Notes under the pieces: model-generated
Database searches by the model: none
What the model was told of the DNA's origin: nothing
What the model saw: only the letters and a program-made list of their open reading frames with translations
Position numbers and translations under genes: made by a program
Source of the DNA: Planctomycetota bacterium
GTDB taxonomy: Bacteria; Planctomycetota; UBA1135; UBA2386
Length of the DNA stretch: 64,000 bases
Direction: 5' to 3'
Assembly: GCA_046290465.1 (NCBI GenBank)
Contig: JBKAGP010000001.1
Coordinates: 1,088,001 to 1,152,000, forward strand
Shown: positions 41,419 to 52,034 of the stretch, piece after piece
Numbering within the stretch: the first letter of the stretch is position 1
Layout of the letters: every line of letters starts with the position of its first letter

Positions 41419-43106
41419 TCGATCGTCTCGCGCAGCAGTTCTTCGACCGTGGTCGAGCCGTCGAACACCGCCTTCAGGCCGTTCTCGCGCAGCGTCGCCA
41501 TGCCGTTCTCGACGGCGGCCTCCTGCACCTGCGTGGTGCTCGCGCCATCGAGGATCAGCTCGCGGATGCGGTCGGTCACCTCGAGCACCTCGGTGATCGC
41601 CATCCGCCCGCGGTAGCCGGTGAAGTTGCAGACCTCGCAGCCCTTGCCGTAGGCGAACTTGCTGCCGACGACCTGGTCGGCGGTCAGCTTGAGCCGGCGC
41701 AAGATGTCGTCGCCCGGTTCGTAGAACGTCTTGCAGTCCTTGCAGACGCGGCGGACCAGGCGCTGGGCCAGGATGCCCTGCACCGTCGCCGTCAGCAGGA
41801 ACGGCTCGATACCGATGTCGATCAGGCGGGTGATCGCGCTCGGCGAGTCGTTGGTGTGCAGCGTCGAGAACACCAGGTGGCCGGTCAGGCTCGCCTCGAT
41901 GGCGGTCTGCGCGGTCTCCTGGTCACGGATCTCGCCGACCAGGATCACGTCCGGGTCCTGGCGCAGGATCGTGCGCAGCACGCCCGAGTAGGTCACCCCG
42001 ATTTCCTCGTTGACCGGCACCTGCACGATGCCCTCGAGGTCGTACTCGACCGGGTCCTCGACGGTGATCACCTTGGTGTTGACGTCGTTGGCCTCGTTGA
42101 GCACCGCGTAGAGCGTGGTGGTCTTGCCGGAGCCCGTCGGGCCCGTCACCAGCACGATGCCGTGCGGCAGGTCGGCGAAGTCGCGCATCCGGTCGCGCAC
42201 GCTCGCGACCAGGCCGAGGTTGTCGAGGCTCAGCGACACGTTGCTGCGGTCGAGGATCCGCATCACCGTCGACTCGCCGAACATCGTCGGCAGCGTCGAC
42301 ACACGCAGGTCGACCGAACGGCCGCCGACGGTCAGCTCGATGCGGCCGTCCTGCGGCAGCCGGGTCTCGGCGATGTCGAGGTCGCTCATCACCTTGATGC
42401 GCGCGATCAGCGCCTCGGCCAGGTGCGGCGGCGGCGCCTCGAGTTCGAACAGCGAACCGTCGACGCGGTAGCGGATCTTGAAGTCGTGCTCGAACGGCTC
42501 CAGGTGGATGTCGGACGCGCGGTCGCGGATCGCCTGGTAGAGGATGTAGTTGAGCAGCTTGACGACGGGAGCCGCCGCGGCCATCGCCGCCTTGTCCTCG
42601 AGGTCGATCTTGCCGCCCTGCTGCGACAGCTCACTGACCAGCTCGGCCATGCGCGCCTTGCTCTCGGCGGCGTCCTCCTGGTAGTGCTTGTCGAGGCCTT
42701 CGGTGATCTTGGCCTGGTCGGCGACCGTGCCGACGATCTCACAGCCGGTGGTGAACCCGAGGTCCTGCAGCATCGGCGCGTTGGCCGGATCGGCCATCGC
42801 GACGGTCAGCGTGGTGCCCTCGAGGCGCACCGGCAGGATCCCGAACGCGCGCGCCGTGGCCAGGTCGATCTTCGCGATCGCGTCGGGCTGCGGCGGCTCC
42901 GCGTCGAGATCGTGGAACCTCAGCCCGGCCTGTTCGGCCAGCGCCTTGGCCACGTCGATCTTCTCGACGCACTTCATGTCGACGAGGATCTCGCCGAACA
43001 GGCCGCCGCGGTCGCGCTGCAGCTGCAGCGCCTCCTGCACCATGCCCTCGTGGATCAGGCCGTTCTCCTTCAGGATCTGGCCCAGCAGTCGACGCGGTCC
43101 GGACAT
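41415..43106 (-). CDS. pilB: PilB/GspE-family assembly ATPase with MshEN-like N-terminus
   Basis: [57 protein letters not shown], CxxC..CxxC. Confidence 0.92.
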   Translation of the reverse strand: MSGPRRLLGQILKENGLIHEGMVQEALQLQRDRGGLFGEILVDMKCVEKIDVAKALAEQAGLRFHDLDAEPPQPDAIAKIDLATARAFGILPVRLEGTTLTVAMADPANAPMLQDLGFTTGCEIVGTVADQAKITEGLDKHYQEDAAESKARMAELVSELSQQGGKIDLEDKAAMAAAAPVVKLLNYILYQAIRDRASDIHLEPFEHDFKIRYRVDGSLFELEAPPPHLAEALIARIKVMSDLDIAETRLPQDGRIELTVGGRSVDLRVSTLPTMFGESTVMRILDRSNVSLSLDNLGLVASVRDRMRDFADLPHGIVLVTGPTGSGKTTTLYAVLNEANDVNTKVITVEDPVEYDLEGIVQVPVNEEIGVTYSGVLRTILRQDPDVILVGEIRDQETAQTAIEASLTGHLVFSTLHTNDSPSAITRLIDIGIEPFLLTATVQGILAQRLVRRVCKDCKTFYEPGDDILRRLKLTADQVVGSKFAYGKGCEVCNFTGYRGRMAITEVLEVTDRIRELILDGASTTQVQEAAVENGMATLRENGLKAVFDGSTTVEELLRETIE

Positions 43107-43109
43107 GAA

Positions 43110-44174
43110 TTACTCCGCGGCTCCCCCACCCATGCGGGTGAGCAGGCCCTTGCTGTCGAAGGCGCGTTCGAGCGCGGTGTCCTGGTCGATGCGCCCTTCG
43201 CGGTAGAGATCGAGCAGGCAGTCGTCCATCAGCATCATGCCCTGGCGGCGGCTGGTCTGGATCACCGAGCCGATCTTGAACGTCTCGCACTTGCGGATGT
43301 GGTTCTCGATCGCCGGGTTGGTCAGCATCACCTCGAACGCCGCGACCCGGCCGCCGTCCGGCGTCGGGATCAGGATCTGCGAGATCACCGCGATCAGCGA
43401 CTGCGCCAGCTGCGAACGGATCTGCTCCTGCTGCTCGCGCGGATACTGGTCGATGATGCGGTCGACGGTCCGCGCCGCGCCGGTCGTGTGCAGCGTGCCG
43501 AACACCAAGTGGCCGGTCTCGGCCGCGGTGATCGCCGCCGAGGTGGTCTCGAGGTCGCGCATCTCGCCGAGCAGGATCACGTCCGGGTCCTGGCGCAGCG
43601 CGCGCCGCATCGCCTCGGCGAACGTGCTGACGTCGGTGCCGACCTCGCGCTGCGTCACCTGCGACTTCTGGTGCGAGTGGTAGTACTCGATCGGGTCCTC
43701 GATCGTGATGATGTGCACGTCGCGGTTCTTGTTGATCCAGTCGATCATCGTCGACAGCGTCGTGGTCTTGCCGGAGCCGGTCGGGCCGGTGACCAGGATC
43801 AGGCCGCGGTGCAGGTCGAGCAGGTCCTGCACCCGCTCGGGCAGGCCGATCTGGTCGAACGACAGCAGCTTCTGCGGGATCTGGCGCATCACGATGCCGC
43901 GCGAGCCCTTCTGGGTCAGCACGCTGACGCGGAAGCGGCACTTGTCCTGGTGCGCGACGCCGAAGTCGGTCGAACCGACCTCGAGCAGTTCGGCCCAGTT
44001 GTGGTCCGGCGCGAGCGCCTTCGCCATGCCTTCGGTGTCCTCGGGCGTCAGCGGAGCGTCGCCGATCTCGACCAGGCCGCCGCTGACGCGCAGCACCGGG
44101 CGGCGGCCGACGGAGATGTGGAGGTCGGAGGCGCCCTTTTGGTAGGCGACGTCCATCAATGCGTGGATGTCCAT
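43110..44174 (-). CDS. pilT: Type IV pilus retraction ATPase
   Basis: [65 protein letters not shown] (AIRNLIRE-like). Confidence 0.95.
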   Translation of the reverse strand: MDIHALMDVAYQKGASDLHISVGRRPVLRVSGGLVEIGDAPLTPEDTEGMAKALAPDHNWAELLEVGSTDFGVAHQDKCRFRVSVLTQKGSRGIVMRQIPQKLLSFDQIGLPERVQDLLDLHRGLILVTGPTGSGKTTTLSTMIDWINKNRDVHIITIEDPIEYYHSHQKSQVTQREVGTDVSTFAEAMRRALRQDPDVILLGEMRDLETTSAAITAAETGHLVFGTLHTTGAARTVDRIIDQYPREQQEQIRSQLAQSLIAVISQILIPTPDGGRVAAFEVMLTNPAIENHIRKCETFKIGSVIQTSRRQGMMLMDDCLLDLYREGRIDQDTALERAFDSKGLLTRMGGGAAE

Positions 44175-44192
44175 GCGGCAGAAGGTCCGGGG

Positions 44193-44280
44193 AGGCGTGG
44201 TGCCAGTAAGGCGTGGTGCCGGTAAGGCGTGGTGCCAGTCAGGCGTAGGGCCAGTAGCGGCGTGGTACCAGGAAGGCGTA
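44193..44280. repeat. 16-bp imperfect tandem repeat, about 5.5 copies (AGGCGTGGTGCCAGTA)
   Basis: Units at 44193, 44209, 44225, 44241, 44257 (17 bp) and partial at 44274; fills most of the pilB-pilT spacer. Confidence 0.88.
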
Positions 44281-44306
44281 TTGTACGGAGAACGGAAGCG
44301 CGCGCG

Positions 44307-45980
<1,674 letters not shown>

Positions 45981-46069
45981 CGGCGGGCGGGAAGCGGGAG
46001 AGGGGCGCGTCAGTTATGAGGGATCGGAGCCGTCCAGGGAAGGCCCGACCCCGGGAACGCGCCGCCCGC

Positions 46070-46474
46070 CTAGGTCCCCACTGGCACCGGGTGCTTCGCG
46101 TACTTGCGGTCGATGTGGCAGATGTGGGCCGCCAGCCAGTGCACCAGGAAGTCGAAGAAGCGCGGATCGACCTCGCCGTTGCCGGCCTGGAAGATCTGGT
46201 GGTGCGCCGCGACCTTGCGCAGCATGTCCTTGTGGATGCGGCGATGCCTGCTGAGATCCGGGTAGCCGATCTTCTCCATGTGCCGCTCCTCGTCGTCGAA
46301 GTGGCGCTGCGTCAGGTCGGCCAGATGCGTGATCGCGCGATCGATCGCCGCCTTGTCGGCGCCGGCCGTCGCCAACTCGTGCACGTGGTTCATCGCGTCG
46401 ACGAGCTCCCGGTGCTCGCGATCCATGGCCGCGACCCCCAGCGAGAACTGCTCCTTCCACTCCAGCAAACTCAT
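46070..46474 (-). CDS. Bacteriohemerythrin (single domain)
   Basis: W...F.LGV..MDREH, HFDDEE..M, Y....HRRIH, WL..HI.HID.KY: all di-iron ligands present. Confidence 0.93.
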   Translation of the reverse strand: MSLLEWKEQFSLGVAAMDREHRELVDAMNHVHELATAGADKAAIDRAITHLADLTQRHFDDEERHMEKIGYPDLSRHRRIHKDMLRKVAAHHQIFQAGNGEVDPRFFDFLVHWLAAHICHIDRKYAKHPVPVGT

Positions 46475-46646
46475 GGCGTCTCCGTCGTGCCCGCCCCGGG
46501 CTCCTGCAACTTCGGCGTCGCAAGCCGCGCGCTGGATACGCAACTCGGCCTTCGCAGCGGCCCCCAGGGGATGCTGCCGAGGGCAACCACCCGGTTCTGG
46601 CGGCTATCCCTGTCATACCTGGGAGTTCTCCTTACGCTGGTCGGCG

Positions 46647-47138
46647 ATGACAGCTCCGATTGCCGACGGTCACGTCGTGACCCTTCACTACCGCCTCACG
46701 CTCGACGACGGCACCATCGCCGACGAATCGTTCGGTGGCGAGCCGCTGGTCTACCTGCACGGCCACCGCAACATCGTGCCCGGCCTCGAGTCGCAGCTCG
46801 CCGGCAAGAACGCCGGCGACAAGTGTGACGTTAAGGTCCCGGCCGCCGAGGGCTATGGTGAGTACGACCCGACGCTCGACCAGACGGTGCCGCGCAGCGC
46901 GTTCCCGGAGAACGCCCAGCTCGACGTCGGCATCGCGTTCCAGGCGCAGACGCAGCAGGGCCAGCCGATCACGCTGTGGATCCGCGCGATCAACGGCGAC
47001 GACATCACCGTCTCCCCCAACCACCCGATGGCCGGCCAGAACCTCAACTTCGCCGTCGAGATCCTCGAGGTCCGCGACGCGACCCCGCAGGAGAAGGAGC
47101 ACGGCCACGCCCACGGCCCCGAAGGCCACGACCACTAA
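46647..47138 (+). CDS. slyD: FKBP-type peptidyl-prolyl isomerase SlyD
   Basis: VTLHY.L, PL.YLHG..NIVPGLE, EGYGE, NHPMAG.NL.F.VE, ATP.E..HGHAHG. Confidence 0.95.
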   Translation: MTAPIADGHVVTLHYRLTLDDGTIADESFGGEPLVYLHGHRNIVPGLESQLAGKNAGDKCDVKVPAAEGYGEYDPTLDQTVPRSAFPENAQLDVGIAFQAQTQQGQPITLWIRAINGDDITVSPNHPMAGQNLNFAVEILEVRDATPQEKEHGHAHGPEGHDH

Positions 47139-47209
47139 CACCGCATACCGAACCCGGTTCATCCTGCGCCACCAAACACCGCATACCGAACCGGGTTCAT
47201 CCTGCGCCA
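47137..47209. repeat. 35-bp direct repeat x2 (38-bp period) with internal palindrome
   Basis: aacaccgcataccgaacc[c/g]ggttcatcctgcgcca at 47137 and 47175; followed by 13-bp repeat ccgccacgcaggc near 47228-47253. Confidence 0.85.
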
Positions 47210-47291
47210 TCTGGCCGCCGCGCAGCCCCGCCACGCAGGCCCGCCACGCAGGCCCGCGCCACGCACCCCGCGCGACTCCATCCCCGGCGAC

Positions 47292-47882
47292 TCAACCCCA
47301 CTGGTGGCTTCGCCGATAGCCGTCGCGCGACCGCAGGCGCTCGACGTAGGCTGTGACCTTCGGGCTCGGCGACGCCAGCCAGCCGAACCGCATCGCGAAG
47401 TCCAGCGTGCCGCCGTAGACGACGTCGGCAGCCGTGAACGCGCCGCCAAGGACCCAGTCCCGAGCCGGCGTCATCGCCTCGACCGTGGCCAGGCAGCGAT
47501 CGCGATCCCCCCAGCCGACCGAACGGGGCGAACACTCGAGCCCGTCGAACTGCTCGAACGTGAACATCGGTTCGAGCGTCGTGCCGGGAAAGAACAGGTA
47601 GCGGTAGTAGCGGCCGCGCTCGGCCGAACCGAACGCCGGCGCGAGCCCGCGGTCCGGGAAGCGGTCCGCGAGGTAGGCGCAGATCGCCGCCGTCTCAGTG
47701 ATGACGACGTCGCCGTCGACCAGCGCCGGCACCTTGCCCATCGGGTTGATGGCGCGAAACTCTGGCGTGTCGTTGCCGCCGTTGTGGAAGTCGACCAGCA
47801 CCTGTTCGTGCGGCGCGTCGAGCTCGGTCAGCATCCAGTGGCTCGTGATCGCACGGCTCATCGGATGGAAGAAGTGTTTCAT
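47292..47882 (-). CDS. Glutathione S-transferase family protein
   Basis: P.SRA, INPMGKVPAL.DGD..ITET.AICAYLAD, G..FTAADV; GAGGAGGA RBS upstream. Confidence 0.93.
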   Translation of the reverse strand: MKHFFHPMSRAITSHWMLTELDAPHEQVLVDFHNGGNDTPEFRAINPMGKVPALVDGDVVITETAAICAYLADRFPDRGLAPAFGSAERGRYYRYLFFPGTTLEPMFTFEQFDGLECSPRSVGWGDRDRCLATVEAMTPARDWVLGGAFTAADVVYGGTLDFAMRFGWLASPSPKVTAYVERLRSRDGYRRSHQWG

Positions 47883-47922
47883 GCGGTCCTCCTCGGGGGT
47901 TCGGCGAACGTTCTACCCCCCG

Positions 47923-47948
47923 CCTGCTGACAGCGTGCTGTCAGCAGG
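47923..47948. promoter_or_regulatory. Perfect 12-bp-arm palindrome CCTGCTGACAGC-GT-GCTGTCAGCAGG, candidate operator for the GST gene
   Basis: Dyad about 40 bp upstream of GST start, adjacent to TAGAAC -10-like hexamer (minus strand 47910-47915); no U-tract. Confidence 0.6.
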
Positions 47949-47969
47949 ATCCCCGAACCGCCGCGACCG

Positions 47970-49286
47970 CTACTCCTTGCCCGGCAGCTTGCCGGCGAAC
48001 TTTGCCGGGTCCTTCTCGAACTTCGCCTTGCACTTGCCGCAGCAGAACGCCACCCGCTTGCCCTCGTGCACCACGAAGAACTTCGCGTCGACCGCGGCCC
48101 CGCTGACCGGGCACTTGTCGTTGATCGGCGCATCGGCCTTGGCCTGCTCCTTCGCCAAGCCCGGCAGCTTGCCGGCGAACTTCGCCGGGTCCTTCTCGAA
48201 CTTCGCCTTGCACTTGCCGCAGCAGAACGCCACCCGCTTGCCCTCGTGCAGCACGAAGAACTTCGGGTCGATGTCGGTGCCGCTGACCGGACACTTGTCG
48301 TTGATCGGCTGGTTGCGCCGCTCGCGCTCGGCGATCTCCTGCTTCGCCGCAGCCAGCCGCGCCTCGACGTAGTCGCCGAGGTCGACCTGCACGCTGGCGA
48401 GCGCCTCGCCGTGCTTGGCCAGACCGTCCTTGGTGACCTTGCTCTGCCACAGGTAGAGCTGCTTCAGCTTCGGCATCGCCGCGATCGCGCCGAGGCCGAC
48501 GTCGCCGACCCGCGTGGCGTAGGCGTTGAGGTATTCGAGATGCTCGAAGCCCTTCAGCGCCGCGATGCCCTGGTCACCGATGCCGGTGCCCGACACGTTC
48601 AGGCGACGCAGTTGGTCGAGCTTCGCCAGGTGCGTCCCCGCGCCGTCCCCGATCGCCGTGCGGCCGACGTTGAGCCAGACCAGCACCGGCGCGAGCACTT
48701 CCAGCTGGGCCAGGGTCTGGTCGGTGACCTTGTCGCGCAGCAGCGACAGGTTGGCCTCGACCGCTTCGGTGTCGGCGGCGATGCGCTGCACCACGACGCC
48801 CTGTTCGCGCAGCTTGACGATCGCCACCCCGATCGCCTCGCGCTGCTCGTCGGAGATCTCCGGCAGCTCGAACGTGATCTTCGGCAACACCTGCGCGGCC
48901 AGCTCCGCCGCGATGAACTCGTCGCCGGCCTTCGGCCACTCCGCGCCCTCGGCGACCCAGCGCCGGAACAGCGCCTGCTGCTCCTTGCTGAGCGGCTCGC
49001 CCTTGGCGGGCATGATCTCGTCGTCGTCGAGCCCGAGACCGAGCCGGCGCACCAGCTCGCTGTCGTCCGGATCCTTCGGGAACACCGTCCAGAAGTCCTC
49101 GTCGCCCTCGGCGAACACGAACTCCCTGGCGTCGAGCCGGAGGTCGCCCTCCTGCTCCTTCGGGCCGTGGCACTCGATGCAGCGCTGCACCAGGATCGGC
49201 GCGATCTGCTTGGTGAAGTCGACCTTGTCCTGGGCGAACAGTGGCAGCGGCATGGCCACCAGCAGCAACGAGGCGAGGAATCGCAT
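47970..49286 (-). CDS. Secreted protein: planctomycete cytochrome c domain, LRRs, two YHS domains
   Basis: VDFTKQIAPIL..RCIECHG...EGDLRLD..MP..G.PLS..W..EGA.WP; LRRs (LxxLNVxxTxIGD); 2x N.KCPVSG..FCC.KC..KF..DP.KF. Confidence 0.88.
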   Translation of the reverse strand: MRFLASLLLVAMPLPLFAQDKVDFTKQIAPILVQRCIECHGPKEQEGDLRLDAREFVFAEGDEDFWTVFPKDPDDSELVRRLGLGLDDDEIMPAKGEPLSKEQQALFRRWVAEGAEWPKAGDEFIAAELAAQVLPKITFELPEISDEQREAIGVAIVKLREQGVVVQRIAADTEAVEANLSLLRDKVTDQTLAQLEVLAPVLVWLNVGRTAIGDGAGTHLAKLDQLRRLNVSGTGIGDQGIAALKGFEHLEYLNAYATRVGDVGLGAIAAMPKLKQLYLWQSKVTKDGLAKHGEALASVQVDLGDYVEARLAAAKQEIAERERRNQPINDKCPVSGTDIDPKFFVLHEGKRVAFCCGKCKAKFEKDPAKFAGKLPGLAKEQAKADAPINDKCPVSGAAVDAKFFVVHEGKRVAFCCGKCKAKFEKDPAKFAGKLPGKE

Positions 49287-49349
49287 GGCGGAATCATCGC
49301 GTCTGCCGGCCCGGGCGCAACCCACCGGACCGGATCCGCCCCTTGCGGC

Positions 49350-50594
49350 TCAGCGGCGACGGCCGCGCACGTCGTGGCCCGCCGCCGCCAGCGTGTCCTC
49401 GAGATGGTTGAGCACCGAGCGGACCCAGTCGCGCTTGTCGGCGTACGAGCCGGCGAAGAACGACCGCTTGAAGCCGTAGATCAGCACGTCCTTGAGGGCT
49501 CGCGGCTCGAGCTTGAACGCCTCGACCGCCTTGCAGACCTCGTCGGTCATCGTGGTGCGCGACACCAGCCGGTTGTCGGTGCACAGCGTCACGCTGCAAC
49601 GCGCGGCACGCATCTTCTTGAACGGGTGCCGCGACAGGTTGTCGCGCAGTTCCGGGATCGTCTGCTGGTTGCTGGTCAGGCAGACCTCGAGCGTGATCCG
49701 GCGGTCGGCCACGTAGCGGACCAGCTCGTCGATGAAGCGCCGCTTGTCGGCGATCGTGCGGTCGCGGATGTGCCGCTGGCTGAACAGCCAGGTGCCGTGG
49801 CCGATGCGGTCGGCGTGGCAGTCGGTGATCGCCTGGAAGATCGACTCCGGCCCGTAGTCCTCGCCGGCGTGCACGGTCTTGCCGAGGAAGTGCTCGTGCG
49901 CCAGCTGGTAGGCCGCCTGGTGGTCCTTGGCGGGGAAGCCGCGCTCCTGGCCGGCGAGGTCGAAGCCCACCACCGGCAGCCCCTCCTCCTCGCGCACCGC
50001 GACCGCGGCGCGGGCCAGCTCCAGCGACGCCAGCGCGTAGATCTCGCTGGCGGGAGCGGTCGGCAGCGCCTCGAAGTAGGCGCGGTAGTGCTCGCTGAAC
50101 ACCGGCAGGAAGAAGCGCAGCGCACAGACGATCACCCCGACCTCGAAGCGCGGCAGCTCGCCGCGCCGCACCGCCGGGTCCTTGTTGATCTGCTTCTTGG
50201 CGCGCTCGACGCCGCGGCAGACGGCACGCAGCACGTCCTTGACCTGGAAGTCCCCGCGCACGTGCAGCTGCGGCGCAAACCGGATCTCGGCGTAGAAGAC
50301 GTTCTCCTCGCGGCAGTCGATGCACAGCTCGTAGGCGGCGCGCTCGAGCGACTCGGCGTCCTGCAGGCACGCGACGGTGAACTCGAATCCCTTCAGGTAT
50401 TCGGGCAGGTTGCGGTAGGCGCGCTTGAACACCAGCTCGAGCAGGCCGTCGCGCGTGCGCGAAGGCAACTTGACCTTGTGCTGCTTCGCGAGCTCGAGCA
50501 GCGTGTCGAGGCGCAGGCTGCCGTCGAGGTGCAGGTGCAGATCCGACTTGGGCAGCGCGGCGATCAGCTCCTTCTCAATCTGCGGCTTCGGCAT
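49350..50594 (-). CDS. add: Adenosine deaminase family protein
   Basis: LPKSDLHLHLDGS, YAEIRFAP, GFDLAG.E, TVHAGE, RIGHG, EVCLTSN, CTDN. Confidence 0.9.
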   Translation of the reverse strand: MPKPQIEKELIAALPKSDLHLHLDGSLRLDTLLELAKQHKVKLPSRTRDGLLELVFKRAYRNLPEYLKGFEFTVACLQDAESLERAAYELCIDCREENVFYAEIRFAPQLHVRGDFQVKDVLRAVCRGVERAKKQINKDPAVRRGELPRFEVGVIVCALRFFLPVFSEHYRAYFEALPTAPASEIYALASLELARAAVAVREEEGLPVVGFDLAGQERGFPAKDHQAAYQLAHEHFLGKTVHAGEDYGPESIFQAITDCHADRIGHGTWLFSQRHIRDRTIADKRRFIDELVRYVADRRITLEVCLTSNQQTIPELRDNLSRHPFKKMRAARCSVTLCTDNRLVSRTTMTDEVCKAVEAFKLEPRALKDVLIYGFKRSFFAGSYADKRDWVRSVLNHLEDTLAAAGHDVRGRRR

Positions 50595-50657
50595 GCGGCG
50601 ATCATGCGCCGCGACACAGACTGCGACAAGGGAACGCCGCGGCGCTACGCTCGCCGC

Positions 50658-52022
50658 GTGCCCGGCTGGCAACTCTTCACCGACGACCCCGACGAACGCC
50701 AGACGTTCGCCGACCTGCAGACGACGCTGGCGCACCGGTCCGAACCGGCTGGCCCGCCCAACCGCCTGCGCCACGTCGTGCGCATCGACGCGCTCGGCCG
50801 CCGCTACTTCCTGAAGTGCTTCCAGCGCACGCAGTGGAAGAACCGGCTGCACTTCGCGACGACGACGCCGCGCGCCGCCGACGACGCCGACCGGGAGCGG
50901 CGGGTCACGCAAGCGCTGCGCACGGCCGGCCACGGCGCGCCGCGGCCGATCGCCTACGGTCGCGACGGCGCCGCCGCCTACTACCTGTGCTCCGAACTCG
51001 ACGGCTCGTCGCTGGCCGAACGCATCGCCGCCGGCACCGTCGACGACGGGCTGCGAGACCGCATTGCGCGCCACTGCGGCCGCCTGCTGGCGGAGGGCTT
51101 CCGGCTGCCGGACCTGAGCGCGGACCACGTGTTCGCGACCGACGACGGCGCCCTGTCGGTGCTCGATCTGCACAACGCTGGCACGGCTCGCGGTGGCACT
51201 GCTCGCGGCGGGACGGCTCGCAGCGCCAGCGGCCCACCGCCGCGCAAGCTGCTGACCAGGGTGCTGCGGCGCTTCGCGCGATCGGTGCGCGAGCTGCCGG
51301 TGGCCCGCGCCGCGGCGATGCGGTTCGCCACCCGGCTGCTGCGCGCGAGCGGGGTGACGCTCGCGACCCGTCGTGCGCTGCTGACCGCGGCGCAGCCGTT
51401 CGGCACCGCCGCCCGCTACGAACGCGGCGAGCGCAGCCGCCACTACGCCGAGCGCAACCCGAGGCGCACCGCCCAGGAGCGCGCCCTGCTCGAGCGCGTC
51501 TGGCCGGGCCGCCCGGGCGAACGCGTGCTCGACCTGCCGTGCGGCGCCGGCCGCCTGCTGCCGTTCCTGCGCGAGCGTGGCCACATGGTCGCCCAGGCCG
51601 ACGGCGCGATGGCGATGCTGCGGCAGGCGGACGAACGCGAGCAACGCGGCGAACTGCTGGTGCAGGCCGACGCGCTGCAGATGCCGTTCGGCGACGGCGC
51701 CGTCGACGGCGTGGTGATGTTCCGCTTCCTGCACCATCTGCCGCCCGAAGCCGCGCGCGCGGCGATCGCCGAGGCCTGCCGGGTCGCCGGACGCTTCGTC
51801 GTGCTCAGCTTCTTCCACCCGATCAGCGTGCACCACCTGCAGCGGCGCGCGCGGCAGGTGCTCGGCACGCCGGCGACCCGCTTCGCGATGCCGCTGTCGG
51901 CCGTGCGCCGCGCCGCCGAACGGCACGGCTTCCGCCTGCACGCGTCGACCGCGCAGCTGCCGTTCGCGCGCGACCTCTGGCTCGCCGCGTTCGTGCGCGG
52001 TGCTGGCGCGACGTCGACCTGA
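50658..52022 (+). CDS. Fusion of WaaP/Kdo-type LPS kinase and class I SAM methyltransferase
   Basis: N-term YFLK, PRPIAYG, PDLSADHVF, VLDLHNA; C-term VLDLPCGAGR, ADALQMPF.DGAVD.V..FRFLHH; start GTG 50658 (alternative ATG 50604). Confidence 0.78.
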   Translation: MPGWQLFTDDPDERQTFADLQTTLAHRSEPAGPPNRLRHVVRIDALGRRYFLKCFQRTQWKNRLHFATTTPRAADDADRERRVTQALRTAGHGAPRPIAYGRDGAAAYYLCSELDGSSLAERIAAGTVDDGLRDRIARHCGRLLAEGFRLPDLSADHVFATDDGALSVLDLHNAGTARGGTARGGTARSASGPPPRKLLTRVLRRFARSVRELPVARAAAMRFATRLLRASGVTLATRRALLTAAQPFGTAARYERGERSRHYAERNPRRTAQERALLERVWPGRPGERVLDLPCGAGRLLPFLRERGHMVAQADGAMAMLRQADEREQRGELLVQADALQMPFGDGAVDGVVMFRFLHHLPPEAARAAIAEACRVAGRFVVLSFFHPISVHHLQRRARQVLGTPATRFAMPLSAVRRAAERHGFRLHASTAQLPFARDLWLAAFVRGAGATST

Positions 52023-52034
52023 CGGATACCAACG

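Noticed and set aside
47137..47209. Possible mini-CRISPR (35-bp palindromic repeat)
   Set aside because: Only two copies separated by 3 bp; no spacer
48066..50657. N-terminal ~860 aa of the 1318-aa ORF
   Set aside because: Antisense to the cytochrome and adenosine deaminase genes; only the part from ~50658 is a real gene
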